From positions 2,573-66,572 of the forward strand of contig CAYXYP010000003.1 in NCBI GenBank assembly GCA_964469405.1: a stretch of 64,000 bases of DNA. Reading direction: 5' to 3'. Position 1 is the stretch's first letter; the number at the start of each line of letters is the position of its first letter. Positions 10,716 through 21,051 of the stretch are shown here, piece after piece. The position numbers and the translations under genes are program-made. The notes under the pieces were generated by a model. That model had not been told where the DNA came from, did not search any database, and saw only the letters and a program-made list of their open reading frames with translations. Source of the stretch: an uncultured Candidatus Saccharibacteria bacterium (lineage in GTDB: Bacteria; Patescibacteriota; Minisyncoccia; Phycocordibacterales; Phycocordibacteraceae).

Positions 10716-10803
10716 GTAAGGACCTCCTTTTATTGTAGGTAGTTTAATTACTTCATCCGCGTTCTAGTATATCATCGATTATATTTATGTCAAATTTCTT
10801 TTC

Positions 10804-10967
10804 TGGTGCCGGGGGAGGCTCGGTCACGTTTTACTAATTCGCTTCGCTCATACGTATACGCGACCCCGGTTCGGCGTCGCTCCGCGACATGCCTGTACCT
10901 TTCGAGTCTCTCATGCATGACGCGCAGGCGTCATGCTCCCCCGACACATATTCGCTCTGCTCAATCT
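10804..10967 (-). repeat. tRNA-Leu trailer element ending in a duplicated, CCA-bearing tRNA 3' end
   Basis: 10806-10817 equals 10968-10979; inverted T-arm/acceptor copy at 10901-10947; GGGTCGCG..GAGCGAAGCGAA..GTGACC module. Confidence 0.8.
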
Positions 10968-10968
10968 G

Positions 10969-11050
10969 TGCCGGGGGAGAGACTCGAACTCTCATGTCTT
11001 GCGACGACGGGTTTTGAATCCGTTGCGTCTACCAATTCCGCCACCCCGGC
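10969..11050 (-). tRNA. tRNA-Leu(CAA)
   Basis: GCCGGGG..CCCCGGC acceptor, long variable arm, anticodon loop TTCAAAA, GTTCGAG T-loop. Confidence 0.92.
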
Positions 11051-11107
11051 GATAGAGTGCACAGTACCATTTCGCAATCATATTTTCATCATGTTAGAAT
11101 TGCACAA

Positions 11108-12115
11108 ATGAATGATGATGCGCGCTATATTCCCACCAAGTACGATTCGGTTTTCTGGATTGATGTCGATCGCATTATACCGAATCCGTACCAGCCACGG
11201 AGAGAGTTTACCGAGACAGGACTCATTTCGCTTGCGGAGAGTATTCGCCAGTATGGCGTGTTGCAGCCGCTAGTCGTTAGTAGAACCGATGTCGAGAAAC
11301 CTGAAGGTGGTCTCGAGAGCATATATGAGCTCATTGCAGGTGAACGGCGTTTGCGGGCGAGTAAACTCGCGGGTTTGAAGCAGATACCCGTGGTCATTCG
11401 TCATGGCGAAAGCAATCTTACGAAACTTGAGCTTGCAATCATCGAGAATCTCCAACGAGAAGATTTAAATGCTATTGATCGCGCCAAAGCACTTCAGAAG
11501 CTCATTGAAGAATTTGGTATCTCGCACGCCGAGACCGCAGCGAAGATTGGCAAGAGTCGCGAATACGTCTCGAATAGTCTTCGTCTTCTTACGCTGCCCG
11601 AGCACATGCAAAACGCTATTGTGGAGAAAGAAATCAGTGAGGGTCATGCGCGGCCGCTCCTGGCGCTCAATAGTCGTCCCGAAGAACGCGAGACTCTTTT
11701 TAAGGAAATTATTTTAAAACGCCTCCCGGTCCGCGCCGCCGAGCGCATCGCCCGATCTATTGCGCAAGAACGAGTGCGCACCCATCACCGAAAGTCGATT
11801 GAAATGGTCGAGCTGGAGAAATCTTTGACCGAGACGCTCGGCACGCGCGTCATTATTGAAACCAACGCCGAAGGAGGCCGTCTGCTTATCGATTTCTTTT
11901 CCCCAGAAGATCTTTCCGTTCTTGCTGCCTCTCTTGCGGTCCGTTCCGCACAACAAGAGTCAAATATATCCTCTCCAGAGATTTTGGCTGAGGCGAACAC
12001 ATCGATGATCGAATTTCCGAATACCACACAACTTCCAAATGACCCAATTGCACTTGCGGCACCTGAAGAGCCTTCGGAAGATGAACTCTACTCAGTAAGC
12101 AATTTTTCGGTTTAA
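11108..12115 (+). CDS. parB: Chromosome partitioning protein ParB/Spo0J
   Basis: PNPYQPR, GVLQP, IAGERRLRA, ENLQREDL and HTH. Confidence 0.93.
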   Translation: MNDDARYIPTKYDSVFWIDVDRIIPNPYQPRREFTETGLISLAESIRQYGVLQPLVVSRTDVEKPEGGLESIYELIAGERRLRASKLAGLKQIPVVIRHGESNLTKLELAIIENLQREDLNAIDRAKALQKLIEEFGISHAETAAKIGKSREYVSNSLRLLTLPEHMQNAIVEKEISEGHARPLLALNSRPEERETLFKEIILKRLPVRAAERIARSIAQERVRTHHRKSIEMVELEKSLTETLGTRVIIETNAEGGRLLIDFFSPEDLSVLAASLAVRSAQQESNISSPEILAEANTSMIEFPNTTQLPNDPIALAAPEEPSEDELYSVSNFSV

Positions 12116-12128
12116 AATCCCTTGCTCC

Positions 12129-13739
12129 CTATTTCGTTTTTCGCACGCGCCGCTTCTTTTCCTCGGGCGGTTTAGCGGGCTCATTCATACCGAGGGCTGC
12201 GCGGATATGTCGTCGAGCGAGTGATGTTCGCGCTATGTCGAGCCATTTGACCGAGGGGTGTGCAGAGTCGCGTCTCAGTATTTCGACGACCTCGCCGTTG
12301 CCAAGTATCGTTTCAAAAGGGACAAGTTTACCATTTACTTTTGCACCTTGAAGATGGTCCCCAAGATCGCTATGTATCGCATAGGCGAAATCAATCGGCG
12401 TTGACGCCGCGGGCAGGTCAATGACATCTCCATTTGGAGTAAATACGAACACACGGTGTGAGAAAAAATCTTCTTTAAGCCCGTCTACGAATTCTTTAGA
12501 ACCGGCGACTTCTGTATGCGCCTCAGCGAGCTCGGTGAGCCACACCGGTGCCTTCGTGACACCTTTTATTCCTCCAGCCCCTTCCTCCTTTTTTGTGACT
12601 TTCATAAGCGAGGGGATGAGTGAGCGGATCCATGTAAAAGACAGAGATGAAAATCTACTCTTCTGAACCTGTTTGTCGAGTTGCTCAATCTCTTTGCCTA
12701 ATTGTTTATACGTCATGTGTGATGCAATACCGAATTGAGCGCTTCGGTGCATTTCTTCGGTGCGAATTTGGATTTCGACGATGCCCGCATTTGGCGTCAC
12801 GACCGTCGTATGAAGCGATTGATAGCCGTTAGGCTTGGGGAAGGCGATATAGTCTTTAAATTCGCCTGGTAGTGGCTTATAGAGCGCGTGTACGATACCG
12901 AGTGTCGTATAGCATTCCTCAATAGTTGGAACGACTATACGGAGAGCAGCGATGTCATGGATGAGGTTGATATCATCATGCTTCCTATTTAGTTTTTGGT
13001 GCAGACTCCAGAGTCCTTTCATACGGATATCGGTGCGAAGTGTTGTGAAATTCTTTTTTGCAAGTTCACTCTCAATTTCCTTCTGCACCTTAGCCAGGCC
13101 GTCCTCCGTCTCTTGTGTCTTTAATTTTCGCACCTCGGCAGTGTGATTTGCGGCGTCAGGGTCGACGTAGGGGAATGCAAGATCCTCAAGATCTCGTTTC
13201 ATCTTACCCATACCAAGTCGGTCAGCGATAGGGGCATAAATTTCAAGCGTTTCAAGTGCAATTCGGCAGCGTTTGTGTTCTGGCACATGCTCCAAGGTTT
13301 GCATGTTGTGGAAGCGATCAGCGAGCTTCACGATAAGTACGCGAATGTCGCTCGCGGTTGCCACCAAGAGTCGACGAAGACTTTCCGCATGGCGCTCAGC
13401 ACCGTGGTATTTATGGGTCCCGAGTTTGGTTACGCCATCGACAATGAAAAGCAACTCATTTCCGAACTCTTTTTCAATTTCTTCGCGCGAAGCACGTGCG
13501 TCTTCGACAGCATCATGAAGGAGGCCAGCGGCAATGGTGGTTGCGTCCATGTTGTATTCGGCAAGAATTTTTGCCGTGGCTGCGGCATGTACGAAATAGG
13601 GCTCACCCGAATAGCGGATCTGACCCTCGTGCGCTTTTTTGGAGAACTCATATGCCTTCGTCACGAAGGCGATATCCTCGGGCGAGGCATCCGACATTTC
13701 GCCAATGATCTCTTTGACGGGCGTCATTGAGGACATCAT
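12129..13739 (-). CDS. rel: RelA/SpoT family (p)ppGpp synthetase/hydrolase (HD, SYNTH, TGS)
   Basis: LHDAVED, KLADRFHN, KDYIAFPKPNGYQSLHT, EIQIRT, TPIDFAYAIH. Confidence 0.92.
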   Translation of the reverse strand: MMSSMTPVKEIIGEMSDASPEDIAFVTKAYEFSKKAHEGQIRYSGEPYFVHAAATAKILAEYNMDATTIAAGLLHDAVEDARASREEIEKEFGNELLFIVDGVTKLGTHKYHGAERHAESLRRLLVATASDIRVLIVKLADRFHNMQTLEHVPEHKRCRIALETLEIYAPIADRLGMGKMKRDLEDLAFPYVDPDAANHTAEVRKLKTQETEDGLAKVQKEIESELAKKNFTTLRTDIRMKGLWSLHQKLNRKHDDINLIHDIAALRIVVPTIEECYTTLGIVHALYKPLPGEFKDYIAFPKPNGYQSLHTTVVTPNAGIVEIQIRTEEMHRSAQFGIASHMTYKQLGKEIEQLDKQVQKSRFSSLSFTWIRSLIPSLMKVTKKEEGAGGIKGVTKAPVWLTELAEAHTEVAGSKEFVDGLKEDFFSHRVFVFTPNGDVIDLPAASTPIDFAYAIHSDLGDHLQGAKVNGKLVPFETILGNGEVVEILRRDSAHPSVKWLDIARTSLARRHIRAALGMNEPAKPPEEKKRRVRKTK

Positions 13740-13767
13740 ACACCGCCGTCGTTTTTCCCACTAAACT

Positions 13768-16173
13768 TTATTTCAGATACTCAGCTGCTTCTTCTGGTGT
13801 AAATGAATTTGGTTTCGTAGCTTCGGGTAGGTAGATACGACGGAGACCTTTCTTGAGGAAGAGTCCCTGTTTCGATTTGTACAGCACAAGATTTTTCCCC
13901 GTGCGTGGGTGTTTACCAATTTCTTTTGCGATTTCGACGCCTCTCGGCAGTTTTTTGGGTTCGGCTAAAAGGGCAAGAGCTTTGTCGAGTGTGAGAGTAT
14001 AGGGATCGCCCACAATGACCTTGAGAGAGCGGAACTCACCATCACTGCCTACATAAGGCCCAAAGCGTCCGGTTGAGGCGAATACAGCCTTGCCGGTTGA
14101 AGGGTGCATCCCAAGCTCGCGTGGCAGCGAAAGATACTTGATCGCATCAGCAAGCGTTACTTGCGCGAGATCGGTACCGGCCGGAATACTTGCGCGCTTG
14201 GCGGCTTTCTTCACGCGGCCTTTGCCGCGTTTCTTTTTCCCTTTTACTTTTGCCTCCTCAGCTTCTTTTTCTTTAGCGTTTTCATCTGGTGGAAGCTCCA
14301 TTTCCACATAGGGTCCGAAACGTCCGGTCTTAATAAAAATGGGCATGCTAGTTTTTGGATCGAGTCCGATAGGCGTGTCACTCTTGAGCTCAGTGCCTTC
14401 TTCTGTACGTGCCCCGAGGCAATCAGGATATTTTTTGCAGCTCATGAAAATACCACCGCGGCCAAGCTTGAATTCCATAGGACTCCCGCAAAGAGGACAA
14501 GGGAATTCGGCCGGAGCATCTCCAAGTGATGTTGCTTTCGGAAGTTTGTCTTTCGCTCGTACGGCCTTTTCGAACGGGCCGTAAAATTCCTTAAGCGTCT
14601 CGGTATAGCCGCGTTCACCGCGCGCTATTTCATCGAGCTCGTCTTCCATCTCTGCAGTAAAGGTGTCGCTCACATATTCAGGAAAATTTTCTTCAAGCCA
14701 TCCGGAGACGACCATACCAGTCGCGGTTGGCTTCAGGGCGCGACCGAGCTTCTCGACATAGCCGCGATCCTGAATGGTTTTCATGATGGATGCATAGGTT
14801 GAAGGACGGCCGATACCGCGTTTTTCGAGCTCTTTAATAAGGCCCGCCTCAGTGTAGCGATTCGGTGGTTCAGTCTGTTTTTCTTCGCTTGCAAGCGAGA
14901 GGAGAGTGAGCACATCATCAGCTGCAAGTTTTGGCAGTTCAACGTCTTCACCCCTCGCTGATGTATCGAGTGCGAGCCATCCCGGGAAAAGCATGCGCGA
15001 ACCGTTCGCTGTAAAAAGAGGAATAACGGCGTCCGCTTTTGCGGCGACGTTTGTGCGCATGATGCGTGCCGCAGACATCTGCGAGGCGAGTGCACGTGTC
15101 CGGATGAGTTCGTACAATTCCACCTCGTCCGGTGTGGCACCCGCGCGAGTGTGCGAGGGGTCGGTAGGACGGACAGCCTCGTGAGCTTCTTGCGCGTTCT
15201 TACTCGTTGTTTTGTATGCGCGTACCTCAAGATATTCTTTGCCGAAATCTTTTTCGATAATGCTGGCCATCTTTGCGACTGCTTCTGCCCCGAGGTTTAC
15301 TGAGTCGGTACGCATGTAGGTAATGTGTCCTGCCTCGTAGAGCTTCTGCGCTGCACGCATGGTTCTCGATGGTGCAAAGCCGAGGCGTGTCGATGCGGTT
15401 TGTTGCAACGTTGACGTTGTGAACGGTGGTCGAGGATTACGCTCTTCGGCTTTTTCCGTAACGCTTGCGACGCTCCACGAAGCACCCCTGCCGGCCTGTA
15501 CAATGCGCTCCGCCGCCTCTTTTGTTGCGGGTTCTTCTACGCACACGGTAGCGATATCGCCTGCTTTCGATTTAAAAAGTGCTGAGAGTACGAAATACGT
15601 TATTGGTATGAAAGATTTAATTTCGCGCTCTCGTTCTGCAAGGATGCGGAGTGCTGGTGATTGAACACGTCCGGCTGAGAGTCCATAACGAACCTTCTTC
15701 CAAATAAGTCCGGAGAGATCGTAACCAACGATGCGGTCGAGGACCCGTCGCGCCTCCTGCGCTTGGCGCAGATTCTCATCAATTCGTCGCGGATGCGCGA
15801 TTGCTTCTTCGATTGCAGCTTTAGTGATCTCGTGGAAAACGACGCGCTTTGGCTTCTTCAGTCCCGCAACTTCTTTGATGTGCCACGCGATCGCCTCACC
15901 TTCACGGTCGGGGTCGGTTGCGAGGTAGATCTCGTCGGCTTTTATTGCGGCATGTTGGATTTTCTCAATTATTTCTCGCTTCTCAGCAGGAATGACATAT
16001 CTCGGGATGAATCCGCCTTCGATATCGACAGCGTCCTTATTGGACTTAGGCAAGTCACGCACATGTCCAACAGAGGCAAGGACGGTATAGTCCTTACCTA
16101 GATAATTTCCAATAGTTCTCGCTTTTGTAGGCGATTCAACAATAAGTAATCGTTTGGTCACATGTTCACTCAT
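13768..16173 (-). CDS. topA: DNA topoisomerase I
   Basis: IVESPTKA, ATDPDREGE, SAGRVQS, ITYMRTDS, GIGRPSTY; one Zn finger plus GRFGPY repeats. Confidence 0.97.
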   Translation of the reverse strand: MSEHVTKRLLIVESPTKARTIGNYLGKDYTVLASVGHVRDLPKSNKDAVDIEGGFIPRYVIPAEKREIIEKIQHAAIKADEIYLATDPDREGEAIAWHIKEVAGLKKPKRVVFHEITKAAIEEAIAHPRRIDENLRQAQEARRVLDRIVGYDLSGLIWKKVRYGLSAGRVQSPALRILAEREREIKSFIPITYFVLSALFKSKAGDIATVCVEEPATKEAAERIVQAGRGASWSVASVTEKAEERNPRPPFTTSTLQQTASTRLGFAPSRTMRAAQKLYEAGHITYMRTDSVNLGAEAVAKMASIIEKDFGKEYLEVRAYKTTSKNAQEAHEAVRPTDPSHTRAGATPDEVELYELIRTRALASQMSAARIMRTNVAAKADAVIPLFTANGSRMLFPGWLALDTSARGEDVELPKLAADDVLTLLSLASEEKQTEPPNRYTEAGLIKELEKRGIGRPSTYASIMKTIQDRGYVEKLGRALKPTATGMVVSGWLEENFPEYVSDTFTAEMEDELDEIARGERGYTETLKEFYGPFEKAVRAKDKLPKATSLGDAPAEFPCPLCGSPMEFKLGRGGIFMSCKKYPDCLGARTEEGTELKSDTPIGLDPKTSMPIFIKTGRFGPYVEMELPPDENAKEKEAEEAKVKGKKKRGKGRVKKAAKRASIPAGTDLAQVTLADAIKYLSLPRELGMHPSTGKAVFASTGRFGPYVGSDGEFRSLKVIVGDPYTLTLDKALALLAEPKKLPRGVEIAKEIGKHPRTGKNLVLYKSKQGLFLKKGLRRIYLPEATKPNSFTPEEAAEYLK

Positions 16174-16194
16174 AGCGCGTATACCTATATACGG

Positions 16195-16968
16195 TCAAGC
16201 GACTTCCACTCGTATCAGGCGATGATCGGAGCCAATTCGATCGGTCAGAACCTCCGCGTTTTTGATTGAAAACGAATGAGAAACGAGAATATGGTCGAGC
16301 TGCGAACGGGAAAGTGGGTGGGTGTTTTTACCGTGTAGTGGATTGGTAAGCCCGTGAGTAGCAAAATATTTTTCAATGCGATTTCGCTCACGTGTCCAGA
16401 GAAGGGCGTCACTCATGTGTCCGCTGAGCAACCAATTCAAAATCGAAATTTTCGGAGATTCAAGAATATTAAAATCACCGCAGACTATAATAGGTCGAGA
16501 AGTGTCGTGCTTAGTCATCGCTGCCTCAAATTCTTTGAGACGCCACGCAGGTCGCGCAAGGATAAGATGCAGATTGAATACTTGCATCGACACGCCATGT
16601 ACGGCTATATCGACACATAGGCTTCTACGATCGCGCACGCGCGCGAATAATTCAAACGGCATGAATTGCATGAAGAGTCGTGTTCGCAATGGTAGAAGTG
16701 ACAAATAATCCGGATGGGGGATTTCCCCATCACTAGTTATTATATGTTTCGAAAGGATAACAATATAGTTATGCAAGAGTCCTTTTTTATAGAGAAGTTC
16801 TCGCTCCGTGCGAAATGCGATAAAACAAGAGAGTGTCTGTAATCGTTTAAGAAATTCTTCGGGCACTTCCTGCAAGCAGAAGATATCGAAATCAGTCTCT
16901 GAGATGAATTGAAACGCGCGATCGAGTTCACGATTTCGAAAAAGCATATTCCAAGAATAAATTTTCAT
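16195..16968 (-). CDS. Endonuclease/exonuclease/phosphatase (EEP) family protein
   Basis: SWN, CLQE, GDFN, LDHI, SDH motifs. Confidence 0.88.
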   Translation of the reverse strand: MKIYSWNMLFRNRELDRAFQFISETDFDIFCLQEVPEEFLKRLQTLSCFIAFRTERELLYKKGLLHNYIVILSKHIITSDGEIPHPDYLSLLPLRTRLFMQFMPFELFARVRDRRSLCVDIAVHGVSMQVFNLHLILARPAWRLKEFEAAMTKHDTSRPIIVCGDFNILESPKISILNWLLSGHMSDALLWTRERNRIEKYFATHGLTNPLHGKNTHPLSRSQLDHILVSHSFSIKNAEVLTDRIGSDHRLIRVEVA

Positions 16969-16977
16969 ATGTTCGTA

Positions 16978-17841
16978 TTATATCCGGTGCCATGAGCCGA
17001 ATTCTTCTTTGATAAGGCCGCGAAGCTCAAGGGCAACAAGTGCAGTAAGAAATTCGCCCGCCGTGGAAGCTGTGCTTCCACGGCGGAGAATCTCATCACG
17101 CGTCTTTGGCTCTTCAAGCATACCCCAAATTTCAAGTTCAGCATCTTGAAGCTCGGTCGGTATACCGCCACGCACAACGGTCTCGTGTGGCGGTATTTTG
17201 AGAGCTTCAAGAATATGAAGTGATTCGGTGACGAGTGTCGCACCGAGGCGAATAAAAAGGTGTGGGCCGAAAGCATGAGCATCCCCGATGCGGTGGGGAA
17301 TACAGAGCAGTTCACGATTATAGTCCGCCGCGAGTCGTGCAGTGATGAGCGTTCCGGATTTCTGTCCTGCTTCGACGATAAGTACCGCATCGCTCATGCC
17401 GACCATCAATCGATTACGCGATGGGAACTCTTTTAGCCACGGTTTGTGCATAGGTTCCTGTTCTGATATCAGCGCCCCTCCGGCGTTGAGTATTTCTTTT
17501 GCCAGCCCGAAGTTCGATCGCGGGCTGATAACAGAATCATCGAGTCCCGAGCCGGGTATGGCGATAGTATGGAGTCCAGCAACAAGAGCTGCTTTATGTG
17601 CGCAAGCATCAACACCAAGCGCGAGACCGCTCACGATAGAGACAGGATAATCTGCGAGACCATGAATGAGTTTCTCACAGGCTTCTTGTCCATAACGTGA
17701 CATCGCCCTTGAACCCACGACGGCGAGGATTTTCGTCCCGGCTATAGGCAATGAGCCTCGAATCCACAGTCGCGGAGGCAACTGCGGTATCTCCAGCAAT
17801 TGTTTTGGCCACTCTGTGCGCTCCAGTTCTCGAATACCCAT
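16978..17841 (-). CDS. dprA: DNA processing protein DprA
   Basis: AVVGSR, VSGLALGVD, FPSRNR, SGTLITA. Confidence 0.95.
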   Translation of the reverse strand: MGIRELERTEWPKQLLEIPQLPPRLWIRGSLPIAGTKILAVVGSRAMSRYGQEACEKLIHGLADYPVSIVSGLALGVDACAHKAALVAGLHTIAIPGSGLDDSVISPRSNFGLAKEILNAGGALISEQEPMHKPWLKEFPSRNRLMVGMSDAVLIVEAGQKSGTLITARLAADYNRELLCIPHRIGDAHAFGPHLFIRLGATLVTESLHILEALKIPPHETVVRGGIPTELQDAELEIWGMLEEPKTRDEILRRGSTASTAGEFLTALVALELRGLIKEEFGSWHRI

Positions 17842-17864
17842 CGGTGCAGTATACTAAAGAGAAT
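17842..17864. promoter_or_regulatory. Putative bidirectional -10 element between dprA and serS
   Basis: Palindromic AGTATACT gives TATACT on both strands, 6 and 9 nt before the two ATGs. Confidence 0.6.
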
Positions 17865-19133
17865 ATGCTTGATATCCATTTTATCCGGGAGAACGCGGAC
17901 ATTATCAAAGCGGGTGCCGCAAAAAAGCATATCGATACAGACATCGACCGTCTGCTCGCTGTGGATGATGACCGCAAACTTCTTCGGCAGGAGCTTGACG
18001 CAAAGCGCTCGGAACAAAATCGGCGAAGTAATGAGATCCAGCGCGCGAGCGGTTTTGAACGCGAGAAAATAATTGAAGCGATGCAACAGCTCAAGAACGG
18101 CATGGTCGAGAGCGAAGAGCGACTGAAGACCGTGATGGAGGAATGGCAGAAGCTCATGCTTACGGTGCCGAATATTCCGGATATGTCGGTACCGGACGGT
18201 GTCAGCGACGCCGAAAATATAGAAGTAAAGAAGTGGGGAGAGCCGGCGACGTTCTCTTTTACACCGAAGGGCCATGTCGAGCTCATGACGTCACTCGGTA
18301 TCGCTGATTTCGAGCGCGGGGCGAAGGTCGCTGGTTTCCGCGGCTACTTCATTAAAGGCGATGGGGTGCTTCTTATGAATGCCGTGTGGCAGTTGGCGCT
18401 TAAACATTTCTCCGCAAAAGGGCTTTTGCCGCTCAGTGTGCCATCCCTGGTGCGTCGCGAAGCATTCCTCGGTACTGGTTATCTGCCGCAGGGAGAAGAA
18501 GACTTATACAAAACTCAAGATGGCGAATATCTTGCCGGTACCGCAGAAGTTGCAAGTATGGGTTACTACATGAACGAGACAGTCGATCTTTCTACGCAGC
18601 CGATGCAGTTCCTCGCATTCTCCCCTTGTTTCCGTCGGGAAGCGGGTGCGCACGGAAAGGACGTGAATGGTCTTATTCGCGTGCATGAGTTTTTCAAATG
18701 GGAACAGGTTGTTCTGTGTCGGGCGGAACATGATGAGTCGGCTCGCCTCCACGAATGGCTCAATCGCAATACTGAGGAATTCATCGAACTATTGAACATT
18801 CCTTATCATACGGTCGTCAACTGCGGTGGTGATCTTGGACTTGGACAAGTAAAGAAATACGACATAGAGCTCTGGGTACCAGGAGAGAATACGTATCGAG
18901 AAATAAGTTCAGCGTCCTATTTCCATGATTTTCAAACGCGGCGTCTCAATATTCGTTATCGTGATGCTGAGGGGGTTATGCATTTCCCACATTCGTTGAA
19001 TTCGACTGCAATTCCAACACCGCGTATTTTGGTTTCCATCGTAGAGAATTATCAGCAAGCAGACGGCACCATTAACGTGCCTGAAGCTCTCGTGCCGTAT
19101 GTCGGGAAGAGTATCATCGGTATCGCGCAATAG
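17865..19133 (+). CDS. serS: Seryl-tRNA synthetase
   Basis: MLDIHFIR start, GTAE, FRREAG, GLIRVHEF, YREISS. Confidence 0.97.
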   Translation: MLDIHFIRENADIIKAGAAKKHIDTDIDRLLAVDDDRKLLRQELDAKRSEQNRRSNEIQRASGFEREKIIEAMQQLKNGMVESEERLKTVMEEWQKLMLTVPNIPDMSVPDGVSDAENIEVKKWGEPATFSFTPKGHVELMTSLGIADFERGAKVAGFRGYFIKGDGVLLMNAVWQLALKHFSAKGLLPLSVPSLVRREAFLGTGYLPQGEEDLYKTQDGEYLAGTAEVASMGYYMNETVDLSTQPMQFLAFSPCFRREAGAHGKDVNGLIRVHEFFKWEQVVLCRAEHDESARLHEWLNRNTEEFIELLNIPYHTVVNCGGDLGLGQVKKYDIELWVPGENTYREISSASYFHDFQTRRLNIRYRDAEGVMHFPHSLNSTAIPTPRILVSIVENYQQADGTINVPEALVPYVGKSIIGIAQ

Positions 19134-19962
19134 TCCGCCAACCCGGTCGGTTGGAGGACTTGCAGCGCGTCGCCATCTGCGTCGCCAGCGCATATTGCTC
19201 GCAGTGGCCATACTCGTCTTTCTATTTTTCTGCGCAGCCATATATGGACTCTGGCAGCCAGACGTTCGTATATCTGTTGTAGAAGTGCAGGGCACGGATG
19301 TCCCACTTGCAACGATTGCGAAAGAATCGATGCGGGGGAGTTATTTCGGCATCATTCCGCGCGACTCGATTTTCTTTTTTTCTGCCACGCGTATCCGCGC
19401 GGACATCAGTACGGCATATCCAGACATCGTCGCCGTTTCTATTTTCAGAAACGGATTTTCCAGCATTTCAATCACAGCGAATAATCGTGTTCCTATCGCC
19501 CGTTGGTGTGGTGCTCCGCCAGACATAGTAGAGGTAAGTTCTTTAGTGTCGTCTGCTTCAGACTGCTATTTCTTTGATGCTAATGGTTTTATCTATACGG
19601 CGACAAGCACGATACAGCCGCTCAATGCATTCACGGTATACGAATCTCTTGCTGCGTCTGAGGGAGAGCGCATTGGCTCGATACTTCCTCATGCTGAGAA
19701 ATTTCCTGCTGCTTTTGACTTTGCACGTCAACTAACGACACTCGGTTCACCGATTTCCTTGATCATTCTTCGCAATGACGAAGTCGATTATTATTTCGAG
19801 AGCGGCGTACGCGTCACGTATCTTCTTGGCGATGAACAGAACGCCTTTACGGCACTTATTTCCGCAAAGGCTCAAATAAACCTCTCTGACCCGACCCTAA
19901 AATACATCGACGTACGTTTCCCCGGGAAAATTTACCTTAAACGCATAGAGTCACCACAATAG
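19099..19962 (+). CDS. FtsQ/DivIB-like cell division protein
   Basis: Basic N-terminus, single TM, POTRA-like region, C-terminal YIDVRFPGKIY. Confidence 0.7.
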   Translation: MSGRVSSVSRNSPPTRSVGGLAARRHLRRQRILLAVAILVFLFFCAAIYGLWQPDVRISVVEVQGTDVPLATIAKESMRGSYFGIIPRDSIFFFSATRIRADISTAYPDIVAVSIFRNGFSSISITANNRVPIARWCGAPPDIVEVSSLVSSASDCYFFDANGFIYTATSTIQPLNAFTVYESLAASEGERIGSILPHAEKFPAAFDFARQLTTLGSPISLIILRNDEVDYYFESGVRVTYLLGDEQNAFTALISAKAQINLSDPTLKYIDVRFPGKIYLKRIESPQ

Positions 19963-19986
19963 TCAAAGTGGTGTTAGTGTAGCGAA

Positions 19987-20964
19987 ATGCGATCGTTCTG
20001 GACTCAACTGCCGAAACCATTTTTTGTCATGGCACCAATGGCAGACGTGACTGATGCCGCGTTTCGGCAATTGGTCGCAAAACGCGGTGCGCCTGATGTA
20101 TTCTGGACCGAGTTTGTCTCAGCGGACGGTCTCTACCATACGCGAGAGATTAAAGAAATGAAGGACGAAGAAAATCCGCTCATGGGTATCCTTGCGAAGA
20201 GTGCTGCTGAGCGGCCAATTCTCGCACAGATATTTTCAGCGAAGCCGGAGATGATAACGTATGCGACGAAGCTCGTCGCAAGTCTTGGCTTCGATGGCGT
20301 CGATCTCAATATGGGTTGTCCCGATCGTGCCATTGAGCGGCAGGGCGCGGGTGCCGCACTCGTCCAAAATCCTGTGCTTGCCGCAAAACTTATCCGAGTG
20401 GCACAGGAGGCGAGTGATCTCCCGGTTTCGGTGAAAACGCGTATCGGTTACGCCGTCGAGTCACTCGACGAGTGGCTCATTGCACTTCTTGAAACGTCGC
20501 CGGCTGCTATTACGCTCCATTTGCGGACACGAAAGGAAATGTCGCTCGTACCGGCTGATTGGGAACTCATGAAAAAGGCAGTAGAAATTCGTAATCGCGT
20601 TAACCCGGCAGTACTCCTCATTGGTAACGGTGATGTTCAGGATATTGAAGACGCACGAGCCAAGATTGCTGAGTCGGGTTGTGATGGCGCGATGCTTGGT
20701 CGAGCGATGTTTGGTAACCCATGGGTTTTTGCTGGGCGTAAGAGCGGTAATACTTCGCGCGCACTTTTGCTTGCAGCGCTTGTCGAGCTTGCTCAAAATT
20801 TCGAAAAGCTCATGCCGCACAAGAATTTTTCAATACTCAAGAAGCATATTAAGGCGTTCGTTACTGGTTTCGATGGCGCTGCCGAGCTTCGTGCCAAGCT
20901 TATGGCAACAGACTCCGCTGATACTCTTACTGCGGTCATCGCGCAACATGCCGAGAGAGCATGA
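19987..20964 (+). CDS. dus: tRNA-dihydrouridine synthase
   Basis: MAPMADVTD, DLNMGCP, VSVKTRIG, IGNGDV, MLGR. Confidence 0.93.
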   Translation: MRSFWTQLPKPFFVMAPMADVTDAAFRQLVAKRGAPDVFWTEFVSADGLYHTREIKEMKDEENPLMGILAKSAAERPILAQIFSAKPEMITYATKLVASLGFDGVDLNMGCPDRAIERQGAGAALVQNPVLAAKLIRVAQEASDLPVSVKTRIGYAVESLDEWLIALLETSPAAITLHLRTRKEMSLVPADWELMKKAVEIRNRVNPAVLLIGNGDVQDIEDARAKIAESGCDGAMLGRAMFGNPWVFAGRKSGNTSRALLLAALVELAQNFEKLMPHKNFSILKKHIKAFVTGFDGAAELRAKLMATDSADTLTAVIAQHAERA

Positions 20965-21051
20965 GTAGAGGATATTCACTTGTCGTTCGACTCGCTTGGC
21001 AGTAAACTTCTTTCTAGACACACCTGAACATTTTAAGAAAGGAGGTTATGT

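Noticed and set aside
19133-19160. Hairpin AGTCCGCCAACC..GGTTGGAGGACT in the ftsQ-like 5' end
   Set aside because: It is imperfect and single-copy; it cannot be distinguished from a serS terminator or processing stem, and the ftsQ start is uncertain.
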